Shown one piece after another: positions 13,315 to 26,589 of a stretch of 64,000 nucleotides of DNA (position 1 is its first letter; each line of letters opens with the position of its first letter). Location: contig NC_045697.1 of assembly GCF_009834535.1 (NCBI RefSeq), forward strand, positions 84,198,001 through 84,262,000. The letters are read 5' to 3'. The stretch comes from Camelus ferus. Lineage: Eukaryota. A program made the translations under genes and the position numbers. The notes below the pieces were generated by a model. The model was given only the letters and a program-made list of their open reading frames with translations. It did not search any database and had not been told where the DNA came from.

Positions 13315-13749
13315 AATGATTGAGTAATTGAGTATGTGCTGTATTGGTGGAAACTTTTCACAAAGTTAGAATTGGGAATCATGAAGTCTATATCAGAACA
13401 TGGATTTCATCCTTGTTAAAGAGCCCATCAGAGCATTCTTTGTTTGCCAGGTAACTTCATGCTTTGGATTCTCTAAATTTCTCAGCGTGCATAATAAACT
13501 CTTGCCCCGATAATGATGGTCCTCCCTGTTTTTAGGTCAGCAGGCTGTTTGAACCCTAGAAGACTTTTCCTCTTATAAGGTCCTGCTATATGGGCCTAAG
13601 ATAATTTTACCTCCCTGTTGGTATAGTACTGATACTAACCTAGCTGTTGGGTGGTGGGGAATTGTCCTGTACCCTTAGTGCCTAGGTCATCTTTGTTAGG
13701 AACACTGATTTCAGAGGGTTTGTTGGTTGAGGTTTCACTTTATTTCCTG

Positions 13750-15390
13750 AGCTTCATTCAATAATTATTTAATGACTAGGTACCATGTACTGTGCCTTGT
13801 TTTAGATGCTCAGGATTCACTTTGCATTCTAAGAGGATTGGGAGGAGACATAATAAACATAATAAGTCAATTAGATTGCATATTTGTTGGTGAAGAATAC
13901 CATGAAGAAAAGAAAAAGTAGAGCAGGGCAAGGGGAACTGGGCATGTGGAGTGGGTTGCAATTTTAAATAAATATAGGCCTCATGTAGGAGGTGATTTTC
14001 GAGCAAGGCAGTCATGAAGTGAACCGGGGAGAACCCAAGTGGGTATCAAGAGGAGTGTATTCCAGGCAGAGGAAGAGAGAGTGTGAAGCTTTTAGAGCAG
14101 GGGTTTGCACGGTTTGTTCAGGAATAACGAGGCCCAGGTAGCTGAAATGGAGAAAGTAAATGGAAAGTAGTTAGAGATGAAGTTAGAGGGGAGAGGATGG
14201 GCAGGCGTTACATAATAAGAGACATATATTTGGTCTCTAGTGTTTCCTGGCACACAACTCCTAAAACTCTCATAATCTCCAAAGTGTTTTTTTTGTGTGT
14301 GTGCTAAGGAGATGACTGGAGGCTGGAGCTAGCCTCAGGATGGGGGCTGTTTGCCAGGGAACTAACTATGTGATTAGAGGATCGGAACTTTCTGCTCCAC
14401 CTGCCCTCCCTGCAGGGAGGGGAGAGTGGTGGAGATTGAGCTACTCACTAATGGTCAAATATTTAATCAAGCATGCCTATGTAATGAAGCCTCCATAAAA
14501 AATCCTAACTGAGGGAGTTCAGAGAGCTTTTGGGTAGGTGAGCTTGAGGTGCTGGAGATGTGGTGTTTCTTGAGAAGGCATGGAAGCTCCATGCTCCTTT
14601 CCATATACTTTGCCATATGCAGCTGTTCCTTCTGGCTGTTTCTGAGTTATTGTATCCTTTTATAATAAACTTAACTCAAGTAAGCTGTTTTCCAGAGTGG
14701 TGCTAGCAAGTTAATTAAATCCGTGGAAGGGGTTGTGGGAACCGCTAATTTATTGGCAGTGGATCAGAAGTGCAGGTGACAACTTGGGACCTGTGGTTGG
14801 TGTCTGAAGTAGGGGGTCAGTCTAGTTGAACTGAGCCCTTGGCTTGTGGAATCTTGACAATAACTCCAGGTAGATCAAATTGAGTTAAATTGTGGTGTCT
14901 GCTGAGAATTGGAGTATTGCTGCTTGTTGTGGAAAAACCCACACATCTGGTCTCAGAAGTGGTGTGAGAAAATAGAAGTATTGTTTACTTTTAACATGTA
15001 GTATGAGCTTTATAGGCCATTATAAAGACTTTTTGGGTTTTGGGTAAGGACCTACTGCAAGATTTTGAGCAGAGGGATGACACTGTGATTTAATTTCAGA
15101 AGGATCTCTTTGTCTAATCTTAGGTCAGGGGTCAGGGTAGAAGCTACGAGACAGCTGGGAGGCTATTCTAGCAATCCAGGCAAGATTTGATGATGGTTAA
15201 GACTAGAATAGTAGAAGTGGTGGTGATGAGAATTGGCCACATTCTGACCGAGATAAGCAAAAAAAAAAAAAAAAGATGTCAAAGATGATACCAAGATATT
15301 TGTTCTGAGCAATTGGAATAATGAACTTACTGTCAGCTAAGATGGGAAAGAGATATAGGTAGAGCTAGAGTTAAGTTTGTCAAGGCAAAG
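13750..15390. mobile_element. L2 LINE remnant split by an LTR insertion
   Basis: TTCATTCAATAATTATTTAATGACT L2 terminus; L2-like sequence resumes after 14996 (TATAGGCCATTATAAAGACTTT...TTTTGAGCAGAGGGATGAC). Confidence 0.7.
14206..14996. mobile_element. Solo LTR, MER21-like
   Basis: CTCAGGATGGGGGCTG, GTGATTAGAGG..GGAACTTTC, TTAATCAAGCATGCCTATGTAATGAAGCCTCCATAAAA resemble the recalled MER21 family; about 790 bp, ends in CA. Confidence 0.75.
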
Positions 15391-15427
15391 AAATGTTAGG
15401 TTATGCCTGCTTTGGCATAATTTTCTT

Positions 15428-15863
15428 TTTTTAAATTGAAGTATAGTCAGTTTACAATGTTGTGGCAATTTTTGGTGTACAGCATAATGTTTCAGTCATA
15501 TACATATATTTGTTTTCATATTCTTTTCCATTATAGGTTACTATAAGATATTGAATATAGTTCGTGAGATAAACAGTATAAACTTGTTGTTTACCTATTT
15601 TATATATAGTAGTTAGTTATCTACAAATCTCAAACTCCCAATATATCCTTTCTCACCTCCTCCCCCTGGTAACCATAAGTTTGTTTTCTATGTCTGTGAA
15701 TCTGCTTGTTTTGTGAAAAAGTTAATTTGTGTCTTTTTTTTAAGACTCCACATGTAAGTGATATTATATGCTTTTTTTCTTTCTCTGTCTGGCTTACTTC
15801 ACTTAGGAAGACAATCTCCAGGTCCACTCATGTTGCTGAAAATGGCATTATTTTATTCTTTTT
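15428..15863 (-). mobile_element. 5'-truncated L1 3' end with perfect 17-bp TSD
   Basis: Poly-T then AATTGAAGTATAGTCAGTTTACAATGTTG. The minus-strand ORF MDLEIVFLSEVSQTEKEK is the L1 ORF2 C-terminal region. TTTGGCATAATTTTCTT is duplicated at 15411-15427 and 15864-15880. Confidence 0.92.
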
Positions 15864-16697
15864 TTTGGCATAATTTTCTTCTGAAGATCATGTCTTAAAA
15901 CGTAAGCCATAGCCTTTAATGTCATACTCTGTATTCTGGGTATACGTGTGCTCTTGTCTTTCTCTAGTCACCAGTGGAAACTAGTGATTAGTAAAATTCA
16001 CAAGAAATGAAGCACAGTTTTTCATTGGACACAAAGAAATTGAGCAAAAAAGTACAAAATGCTGAAAACAACTTAGAATTTGCTGGGTTTGGTGGTGGTT
16101 TAGTTTGTCCTTGTTACTTTAATTTTATTTTCTGTGTTTGTTTTGTAAATTTTCTAATATAGTCTTCTCTAGTTCCTCCATTTGTAGAGTGACAGTGGTT
16201 TTCTATATCAAAGGACATCTCATTCTTCAATTATCTTTCTTAATATAATCCTTGAACTTTACAAAAATGAGAGCTGTATAATGGATGAATTTTTTTATTG
16301 CTTCAGCTTACTATGTACCTGTTAAGCTTGCTATCTAGTTGTCTAATATAAATGCTTAAATAATATTTACTAGTAAGATGAGCAGTTGTAATATATCATT
16401 GAACAATCTTCTGTGTGTCCTTGAGTAGCTATATTGTTTGTCAGTGAAAAGATGTTAAAGTGAAATTTCACTTTATAGTTTGATGGCTAGACAAAGATAC
16501 TATTAAGAGTATATTTCATTAGCTTTATTAACAATGATTCTCTACTACTGTGGGATTTAGATATTTCTAATTTTCTTTATGTTATATTTATATGGTATCG
16601 TAGAAATTTATATAAAAAACAAATACTATTTTATGATCAAGAAAACCCAATAAACTTAAAAGAACAAATAAAGGAGTCTCCTGGCTTTGTCAGCTAT

Positions 16698-17140
16698 TGT
16701 ATTAGTTTCCTAGGGCTGCTGTCACAAAGTGACAAGCTGGGTGGCTTGAAGTAATAGAAATTTATTCTCTCACAGTTCTGGAGGTTAGAAGTCCAAAATC
16801 AGGGTGTTTGCAGGATTGGTTTCTTCTGAGGGCTCGGTGTATAATCCTTCCTTGCTACTTTCCAGCTTCTGGTGGTGGCTGTCAATTCTTAGTGTCCTTG
16901 ACTTACAGCTTTATCATTCTAACCTCTGCCTGTCATCAGCACGTGGTGTTCTCTCTGTGTCTGTTTCTTACTCTGATGACTTCTGCTAGTCTTACTGGGT
17001 TAGGCCCCCATCCTGATGATCTCATCATAATCCAGTTACATCTGCAAAAACCCTATTTCCAAATGAAGTTATGTTCACAGGGATTAGAGGCTAGGACTTC
17101 AGAGTATCTTTTGAGAGGGGAACACAATTCCACCATAATA
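16698..17140. mobile_element. MaLR solo LTR (MLT1-type)
   Basis: TGTATTAGTTTCCTAGGGCTGCTGTCACAAAG...AAATTTATTCTCTCACAGTTCTGGAGG...AAGTCCAAAATCAGGGTG...CCCTATTTCCAAAT. Confidence 0.85.
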
Positions 17141-17544
17141 GCTTTAATGAGTCCAATTTAAGGTATCATTACCATTTACCTAGACTATTCTAGTAGCCTA
17201 ATAAAATCATTGGTTGTTAGAACTTGAATAAATTCCATGTAGCCTAGTCCTCTCCATTTTAAAAATAGAAGAAAAAATTTACAGCAGCTGAAGACTTTAA
17301 ATAGTGTGCTATAGATTTCCTAATTATTTAAGGTACTGGGCTTAAACTTTGGAGGAAGAAAATGGAGTTAGTATCTAGGGTAGTAAAGGAAAGAAGCCCT
17401 GGAATCTTGCCTTTTGAGTCAAGTTATTACTGGTAAAGCACTGATTCATAAGGAAACAGCAGTAATTTTCTATCTTTTTCCTCAAACTCTTGGCACATTT
17501 TCAAGTTAAAATAAAAAATTTTAAATCATAAGCTTGAAATAGTT

Positions 17545-18726
17545 GCATGAGATAAGATTGTCAATCCTTCTCAAACTCTTTCAATCAAATGAAGAGGAAA
17601 CACTTTCAAACTCATTTTGCAAGTCCAGCTTTACAGTGATTCCAAAGGTAAATAAGATCATTGTAAGAAAAGAAAACAATAGGCCAATATTGCTGGTGAA
17701 TATAGGTGCAAAAGTTCTTAGCAAATTCAATAGCACATTAAAAGGATCATACACTATGATCAAGTGGGATTTATCCCTGGGATGGAAAGATGATTCAACA
17801 TTTGCAAATAAACACATGTGATATACCACATTAATAGAAGGAAAGTTAAAAGTCATAAGAGTATCTCAATAGATTCAGAACAGGCATTTAACAAAATTCA
17901 ACTTTCAACATAAAAATTCTCAACAGAGTGGTTATAGAGGAAACATACCTCAACATAATAAAGGCCATATTTACAAACCCACAGCTAACATTATACTCAA
18001 CTATAAAAGATCCAAAGCTTTTCCTCTAAGAACAGGATTAAGACATGGGTGACCACTCTCTCCACACCTATTCAGCATTTTACTGGAAGTCATAGACAGG
18101 GCGATTAGGCAAGAAAAAGAAAGAAAAGGCGCTACATTGGAAAGGAAGAGGTAAAGTTTCTCTGTTTGCAGATGACATAATCTTATATATAGAAAGTTCT
18201 AAAAACCACCAAAAAAAAAAAAAAACCTTTTAGATGAATAAATAAATTCAGTAAAGGATACTGATGCAGGATACAAAAATCAATATACAGAAATCAGTTG
18301 CATTTTTATACACTAACACTGAAATATCTGAAAAAGAACCACAGCAGTTTCATTTACACTAGCATCAAAAACAATAGAAGAAGAATAAATTTGAAAAGGA
18401 GGTGAAAGATCTGTCCACTGAAAACTATAAGATATTGAAAGATATTAAAGATACACAAATACATGAAAATATACCCGATGTTCATGGATTGGCAGAATTA
18501 ATATAATTAAAGTGTTTATACTACCAAAAGCCAAATATAAATTCAATACAATTCCTATAAAAGTTCCCATGACATTTTTCACAGAAAGATAAAAAGCAAT
18601 TCTAAAATTTGTATGGAGCCACAAAAGACCCAAAGCTATCCTAAGAAAGAACAAAGCTGGAGGCATCACACATCCTGATTTCAAACTACATTAAAAAGAT
18701 GTAGTAATCACAACAGTATGGTACTG
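17545..18726 (+). mobile_element. L1 ORF2 (reverse transcriptase region) fragment, disrupted
   Basis: Translation ILLKLFQSNEEETLSNSFCKSSFTVIPK...RKENNRPILLVNIGAKVL; CTGTTTGCAGATGACAT (LFADD motif) at about 18162-18178; frameshifts and stops present. Confidence 0.93.
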
Positions 18727-19832
18727 GGGCAGTGGCCAAATGGCAGAGTAGGAAGATAGTGAGCTCACCTCCCACAGGCACACCAAAATTACAACTAATT
18801 AGAGAAACTATTGGTGAGAAAAACCAGAATAGCAGCAGAAAAGACCTTCTACAACTGAAGATATGTACAATATAGGACATATAGGAGGACAGAGACATGG
18901 TATAGTACCTGCAGGTGGGACACCCACAGACAGGAGGATAGTTATAGTTGCAGAGGTTCTCCCCAAGGCATGAATGATTCAAGCCCCACATCCAGCTCCC
19001 CAGCCTGCGGGTCCAGCAATGGGATGATGAGCTCCCCAGAACATTTGACTTTGAAGGTCAATGGGGCTTACTTTCTGGATAGCCAGAGGGCTCTGGGAAA
19101 TAGAGACTCCCTCCACTCCTTAAAGGCATAGACAAAATCTCACATGCTCTGGGACCCAGGGCAGAAGCAGTAATTTAAAAGGAGCCTGGGTCAGACTGAC
19201 CTGCTGATCTTGGAGATCCTCCTGAAAAGGCAGAAAGCAGCTGGGGCTCGCCCTGGGTATATAGACACTGGTGCCACCCATATTTGGGAGCTCACTTTAC
19301 GACATGGACACTGGTGCTGGCAAGCACCGTTTTGGACTCTTCTTTCTACCTTATTAGTGCCAGGACTCAGCCAGTCACACCAGTTTGTCAGCACAAGAAC
19401 TGGGATGCCTCAGGCCAGGCAACTAGCTGAGCTGAGACTCAGCCCCACCCACCAGGAGGACTGCTGCCCCAAGAGCCCATGAACCCACAGCCACTGCAGG
19501 ACCTGGCCCCATACACCAGTGCACTGGCATTAGCCCCAGGACCTTGCAGCCAGAGACTTTAGGACCTGGCTCCTCCCACCAGTGGGCCAGCACTAACCCT
19601 GGGACCCTCTGGGTCTCAGTCCCACCCACCAGCACCAATTCCAGGATCCTCAGGGCCCTGCAGCCAGAGACCTAGGAACTCAAATCTTTCCACTAGTGAG
19701 TTTGCACTAGTCTAGGATCTCCTGGGCCATGGCCCCACCTACCAGCAGGTCACCAGACTGGAGACACTTTGGACCCCTCAGCCAGCTGCCCCAGGATCTA
19801 GCAACACTAACAGCTTTGGGACACCATGGACC
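18727..19832 (+). mobile_element. L1 5'UTR-like GC-rich segment with internal tandem repeats
   Basis: Starts like an L1 5' end (AAATGGCAGAGTAGGAAGA...GAGCTCACCTCCCAC...CACACCAAAATTACAACTA). Units beginning GCAGCCAGAGAC recur at about 19546 and 19659, with a partial copy near 19779. Confidence 0.7.
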
Positions 19833-20259
19833 CTGCCATTTGCAGCAACATGGAGTGATCTGGAGATTGTCATACTAGGTAAAGTAAGCGAGAAAGAGAA
19901 ATAAAAATACCATATGGTATCACTTATATGTGGAATCTAAAAAATGATACAAATGAACTTATTTACAAAATGGAAACAGACTTGCAGACATAGAAAACAA
20001 TTTTATGGTTACCAAAGGGAAAAGAGGATTGGGAAGGCATAAATTAGGAGTTTGGGGATTAGCAGATACACAAACTACTATATATAAAATAGAAACAACA
20101 AGGTCCTACTGTTTAGCACAGGGAACTATATTCAGTATTTTATAATAACCTATAATAAAAAAGAATATGAAAAAGAATATATGTATGTATGTATAACTGA
20201 ATCATTGTGCTGTACACCAGAAGCTGAGACAAAAATGTAAATCAACTAAACTTAAAAAA
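19833..20259 (+). mobile_element. L1 ORF2 tail and 3'UTR (cetartiodactyl type)
   Basis: GCCATTTGCAGCAACATGG...ATCACTTATATGTGGAATCTAAAAAATGATACAAATGAACTTATTTACAAAA...GCACAGGGAACTATATTCA, A-rich end. Confidence 0.9.
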
Positions 20260-20560
20260 GGTTACGAACTTCTATTGTATGACAAATAAGAACTAGGAAT
20301 GTATTGTACAACGTGATAAATACATTTAACACTACTGTATATTTATATATGAAAGTTATTAGAGTAAATCCTAAGAATTCTCACCACATGGAAATTTTTT
20401 TCCTTCTTTTATTTTGTATCTGTATGAGATGATGGATGTTCACTAAGCTTATTTTGGTGATCACTTCATAATGTATGTAAGTCAAATCGTTACGCTGTAC
20501 ACTTTAAACTCACACAGTGCTGTGTGTCAATTGTATCTCAGTAAAAGTGGGGGAAAAAAA
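20260..20560 (+). mobile_element. Older L1 (L1MA-type) 3' end
   Basis: GAGTAAATCCTAAGAATTCTCACCAC...GATGATGGATGTTCACTAA...GTCAATTGTATCTCAGTAAAAGTGGGGGAAAAAAA. Confidence 0.75.
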
Positions 20561-20569
20561 GAATCTGAG

Positions 20570-20940
20570 TACCCTTCTGCTATCACTTTCTCCCTCCACC
20601 CCCACTCATTCTCTGTAGGCATCCCCTTCTCCAGTCCAAGCAACCACTGATCTGTTTGTCTCTGGAGTTGTCTGTTTTGGACATTTTGTATGAATGAAAT
20701 CCTATGTGTGCTCTTTTGTAATGGACTTATTTCACTTATTAAAATGTTTTCAGTGTTCATGTTGTAGCATGTATAATTGTTCATTTCTTTTTATGGCTGA
20801 ATAATATTCCATTGTGTATTTGTGTGTAAACAGACACATATATAGATACATACATGCTGTATCTTATCTATCCATTCTTTAGTTGAACACTTGGGTTGTT
20901 TTTCCATCTTTCAGCTTTTATGAATATGCTCCATCAGCTC
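20570..20940 (-). mobile_element. Old L1 (L1MB/ME-type) 3' region
   Basis: CAACCACTGATCTGTTTGTCTCT...TTTCTTTTTATGGCTGAATAATATTCCATTGTGT. Confidence 0.75.
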
Positions 20941-23429
20941 TTTTTTGCACAGCTTCCTAAGTATTTATTGAAAGAATAAATGTAGAATCACATTTGCTTT
21001 CCTATAATAAAGCTTACTTGATTATTATTTTTTAATGGTAAATTATTTTTTGACACAGTGATGAATTATGTTTGTTCTGTTTACAAGTTTTGCGCCTTTA
21101 ATCGCATGTCACATTGGTCTGAGGTTTATCATGTTTTGATATTAAGGTTTTGTTAGCTTTATAACATGATTTGGGGTACTTATTTTTCCTGTGGCCTGCA
21201 ATATTTTAGCACTACAACTAACAGTTCTTTAAAGCTGAAATAAAATTAAACTTTGATTCCATCTGATCTATAGATGCCATTTTCAGTGGGAGAACTTTTG
21301 TTTCTTTTCTATTTTCTTCTAGTATTTTAAAAAAATGTTCTATTTCTCTTGGGTTAATTTTGGTAATTTGTATTTTTGGTGAATTGGTAATTTTGCTATG
21401 AAATTATCTGTTCCTTTAGATTTTCAAAATTATTATGAGATTTAAGTAGTATTCTTTTGGTTGTTTATATATATGTGGTCATTTCTTTGTTATCAATCCT
21501 ATTGGTGTTTACCTTTCTTTTTATTTTTTCTTTAATCAGGCTTATGAAGATTTTGTTTTTTAGCTTTTACAAAAATTTAGTTTTGGATTTATTTTTTCTT
21601 TCTGTTGTTTGCCTATTAATGGGCTTGAAAAGTAGTCTCTCTCCCCGTGTCTCTTTTAAGGTTTTACAGTTTTCAGCCTACTTCCTTCCTTCCCCATGTC
21701 ATCTTTGGATTTTTGAGTTTTCTATTCTCTTTGTCTCTGGGTTTTTCAGTCTTTAATTCTGGAAAACTCTTAATTTTTCTAAAAATATTTAATCAGTTTA
21801 CTTTTTCCCTTTCTTTGTGGGAACCCTTGTAGATAGATATTGATGCTTTTAGATTTGATCCATGTGTCTTAGCTTTTTGAATATATTTATAATTTTCACT
21901 TCTTTTTTTTTTTCCACTATTTTTAGGAGAATTTCTTGACCTGAAATTATTTCTTATTAGTATAATATTCCCTTCTATTTATTTTGCTAGTTATTGCATC
22001 CTTTGAGTTTTTTATTTCAGTAGTTTCAAAAATAAACTCATATTCAATTGGAGTGTATTTATTAAGTTTATTTTAAATTGTGTTCCCTTTGATCTGATCA
22101 TTCTGTTTCCTGTGGTGTAGATTGTTTGCTTTGCTGCCTTTCTCTCATAGTGTTCACTCTGCAAGCGTCTGGTTTTCTTTTTCCTGGGAGTAAAAAGTTA
22201 TAAGCTAGTAATATTTACATGAAGAAAAGAATGAATGCAATTTGTTTCTTCAGGTGATTTCAGGGAGCAGAGGTGGGGATGTAAGGGCTTGATTTGGGGT
22301 AATGTGGCTTGAGAGTTGGTTCCAACAAGAACTACTTGTTGGCCCTGCCTAGAGGTGTGATCTTCTCCAGGTCCTTCTGTCCTCTGTTCTATTTGTGGAG
22401 GAGGGTGAGGATAGAACACGCAGGAGCCTTGCAGGCCATCTGTACTTTTTACCACTTTCCAAACTGGCTGTGCTCTGGTGCTTTCCTGATGTTATGATCT
22501 CCCTTACCCTCCAGATGGCACCGGGGTGGTAGCAGAGCTTTCCTGTTTCACTGCATTGTGTGGGATGGGAATTCTCTGCCCAGAGCAATGTGAGGAATGG
22601 AAAAGGTCATGACTAGAAAGATCTCTCCCAGTCTGTGACACTTGGCCCTCTCTCTCTTTTGGCTGCTGTTTCTCCCCCACTCTAGAAGCCAGTTACTTTT
22701 GGTATCCTTAATATTTCCCCTTTTGACTACCTGTTGCTTTTGTATAATCTCCAGAGTTGGCTTGAAGGAAGAGAATCAGAAACACATACTAGTTTGACAT
22801 CTTGTGCAGGAACAGAAGCCACAATATTTTAAAATTATCTATTTGTGCCTGTGCCCTTCACAGAACTAAATTCATTAAGGTAGAGATTGTTTCATATATG
22901 TTGGCAGAATTCATGATACAGACCTGGTACTTAGTTAAATAATTGTTGAAAGAATATCATTTTAAAGGATTCTTCCACTAAAAACACAAATTTACTGCCA
23001 ATACAGAGCTCCCTTAATGTTGTAAAATCTTACCTACATTTATTAAAAATTTGTGTGAAAGTTTTTAGGATCATGTAGAACATTTTAGAGGAAGTTACAA
23101 TCCATAGAGTTAAAATAAAAAGAAGTGAACAACTAACATAATGCGGAGTTTTATAATTCTTGACACATTTAACCTCTGTTAAACAGGGCTGTTATTGTTG
23201 TCCCCATTTTATAGATGAAGCTGTGAATCAGAGGTGACAAGAATTTATATACCAAACAGCTTATTAGCGACAAGCTAATATGTATGGCTGGAAACAAAAG
23301 GCTTCTGACTTTAATTCTGTAGAGACTAATGCTTTTCTTCTTTATTCCTCATTGCTTTGCTGTCTTTGAACTGACTTGTGCCATTCTGTCTCTCTTTTTT
23401 TTTTTATGCTGTGAAAATTAAACTCAATG

Positions 23430-23885
23430 ACTTTAAACCCAGAGTTTAAATTTAAAGCCAAACTCCTTATATAGGGCTTTTAAGATCCTGCATGATCTCT
23501 CTTGCTTTCCCATCCTCCCTTTTCATCTGTTACCCTCTTAGTTCACATTTCTCCTGCCACACTGAACTTCTTACTACCCTTCCAATTTGCTGTTTACTTC
23601 ACTAGGTCGCATCTTCACTTCCCTTCAAATCTTTGTGCAAAGGTAACCTTCTCAATTAGACTTTCCGTGACCATCCTATTTAAAAGGGGAAACCGTCTCC
23701 CATTATATACACTTCTTATCCCCTTTCCTTGCATTGTTTTTCTGTTAGCACTCAGCGCATAACTCTTCTGGTATAGGATACAATATATTATTCATTTTAT
23801 TATTGTCTGTCTTTCCTCATTAAAATGTCAGTTCTAGTGCCTGCACAGTACGTGGCTCAATAAATGTTGAATGAATGAATGCAGG
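23430..23885. mobile_element. L2 3' end
   Basis: Pyrimidine-rich body ending GTGCCTGCACAGTACGTGGCTCAATAAATGTTGAATGAATGAATG (L2 terminal repeat). Confidence 0.75.
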
Positions 23886-24501
23886 AAGCAAATTCAATTG
23901 ATTAAGCTAAACTTTGTTAGTAATACTTGATTATTTTTAGTTAAGAAGTTGGACATTTAGTCTTTTAGCCAGGAGCATGTATTCATGAATAATTTGGAAA
24001 TTTACTTTAACTCACTAAGATACATTTATCAATGTAAGATTTCTTCTGAGTTTTAATGCATGTAAATTTATATAAAATGGGCTGACTTTCTTGGAGAAAT
24101 GACATGATTCTGTGTAGGGTAACAATATAGTCTCTGTATATGCATTTGTTTTAATAAATAGAGTATTATACTATTGACAGCAAAGTTAGTATTATTCAAA
24201 ATACTACCTGAGATCTAATTTATTTCTAGTTTTCTGTAGAATAATTCCCTTATGAAACCATCATATGACCACTGAAATCTTGAGGTAGGTAGTGATTGAT
24301 GTTACATTGAGATATTTAAAAAATTTTAAGGATGAACTATGTTTTTGTTTTCATATTTTAGAACATTATTGGTTCTAATCCCTTTATGATTATATATACA
24401 ATATTTTAATTATGTATTCAATATTTGTGTTCAGATAGTAAAGCAGGAATTTTCTTGATTAGCCATTACTTTTATTTAAACATTTCTTTTCTTTCTTGTA
24501 G

Positions 24502-25196
<695 letters not shown>

Positions 25197-26589
25197 TAAT
25201 TTATTGTTAAATTTTAAAAGTGCCTTTCAGGAAATTCTTTGCTTAATGCTGCTTTGACTTGTAAATTAAGAATAAAGTTATTATCATCTGGAATGACCTT
25301 TTAATATCACTTATAACAGCTGCAAAAATATTTTGACTGGACATTTTGGTTTTTATAGTAAATGGAAATGGTTTTTTCAACAGAATGATACATTGCTAGG
25401 ATATAAAAATATTTTTTGGCTTAAAATGTTTTCTTAGTAAATTAAGAATGTTTCTAAAATGCACAGAATTATTTTTTTGAATTAGCTAATCTACCCCCTC
25501 CTCCCCAATTTTTGTTGTTGTTTTTTTGTTTAAGAGATTCGGTTGAATCCCTATAGACAGCATAAAAAGAAACAAGGTGCTTGGATCAAAATAAGAAAGC
25601 AGAGTTTTTAATCTCAGTACTCAAACTCCCCTCCCCGCTCCGTGGCCTGAAGTCACCTCTGTATAATCATAATTTGGACACCACTGTTTCAGTTAAATTA
25701 ATGGTTAATTCATTTTGCTTCAGTCGTTGTTGAAATTCTTTCAATTAACAAATATGTATTAACCCATTTTTCTGCCTGAGGTAAATATTCTTTCTTATGT
25801 ATGATAGTTTTTATTCCACAGTTCTAGATTTTGTAGGATCCTACATCCTTCTGACCATTGACTGTGCAGTGCTAAAGACAGGAAGATTTAGAACATTGGA
25901 ATTTTATTCTATTGACCCTAGAATATACCTTAAATTTTTTAATTTAAAATAAATAACTTTTCACATATTTTCTTTCTATTTTTTCCTCCTGAAAACTGTG
26001 AGTAGAAAGAGAAATATTGCTTAACTAACTCATTTGATAAATGGACACATCTAGAATATGTCAGATGCTCAGACATCTGACTCAGACTTGTGTTCTTAAC
26101 TGCCCACTGTCTGGGACATATGTCAAACTTGAAAGTTTTATAACTCACTCAGGGAAAGAGAAGCAATTGGTATTAGGAAAGCATTAATTCTAATTTATGT
26201 TGGGACCATTAAATGATAGTTACTGTTCTGCCCTGGCTGAGAGATCCCTCTGGCTTTAAGTGCTGTGAGAAAGGCAGGAAAATATTTATTGAATGACACC
26301 CGATACAGGGGAATTCTGTGCACCGAAAGACATGGAATTATATGCTTTTGTTTAAATCAGGCTGTGAGAAAGGGCTTCTATTATTTCAGATCTTTTCCTG
26401 TTACCCCTTTTCCAGTTCTTTTTTTACATTTATATATTTCCCTCTGCTTCTTTGACTCCAAAATACTGTGTGTAGTTTAGGGAGATGAAAAGATGACTAT
26501 ACCAAAAGAAAATTCTGAGTAAGGACACTGACATAGTAAAGAAAATGGAGAAGTATTCCCATGGTGATACATTTTTTTAAAAATGAACA

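Noticed and set aside
16804..17161. Overlapping ORFs of 61 and 117 aa
   Set aside because: They lie within a MaLR LTR and have no coding hallmarks.
21457..21832. Hydrophobic Phe/Leu-rich ORFs resembling membrane proteins
   Set aside because: Artefact of T-rich degenerate repeat sequence, with non-ATG starts.
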